Shown here: positions 7,174 to 7,208 of the stretch, one piece after another
How the letters are laid out: each line of letters begins with the position of its first letter
How positions within the stretch are numbered: position 1 is the first letter of the stretch
Source: Octopus sinensis
Taxonomy: Eukaryota
Direction of reading: 5' to 3'
Length of the DNA stretch: 7,208 bases
Assembly: GCF_006345805.1 (NCBI RefSeq)
Contig: NW_021828925.1
Coordinates: 1-7,208 of the forward strand
Program-made: the position numbers and the translations under genes
Notes under the pieces: model-generated
The model's input: only the letters and a program-made list of their open reading frames with translations
The model's database searches: none
What the model was told of the DNA's origin: nothing

Positions 7174-7208
7174 ATATACATGTATGTGTATGTATATATA
7201 TATATACA
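7174..7208. repeat. (TA)/(TATG) tract running to the window end
   Basis: Seen directly. Confidence 0.85.

Overview
Non-coding, AT-rich eukaryotic DNA (intron or intergenic) dominated by microsatellites and low-complexity tracts: AAT/GAT, TTC, CAT/CAC, CA, TATC, CT, TA and TG. The repeat landscape and two SINE-like fragments at 2047-2335 resemble, from recall rather than a search, octopus (coleoid cephalopod) genomic DNA. No protein-coding gene, RNA gene or CRISPR array is supported; nearly all listed ORFs are translations of microsatellites and none has a recognisable domain. The structure I can see directly: (1) a ~150 bp TTC-rich block (867-1019) duplicated at 2356-2703, with the second copy split by a 179 bp insert flanked by a 14-16 bp target-site duplication and ending in AATAAA; (2) two head-to-tail, 5'-truncated SINE-like copies; (3) a perfect 18 bp inverted repeat at 4884-4924 made of two YY1-type motifs; (4) higher-order periodicity inside the TATC and CAT arrays; (5) a CTCF-like motif inside a stem-loop. 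I cannot show a new biological system from this sequence alone. The insertion and the hairpin are the best leads.
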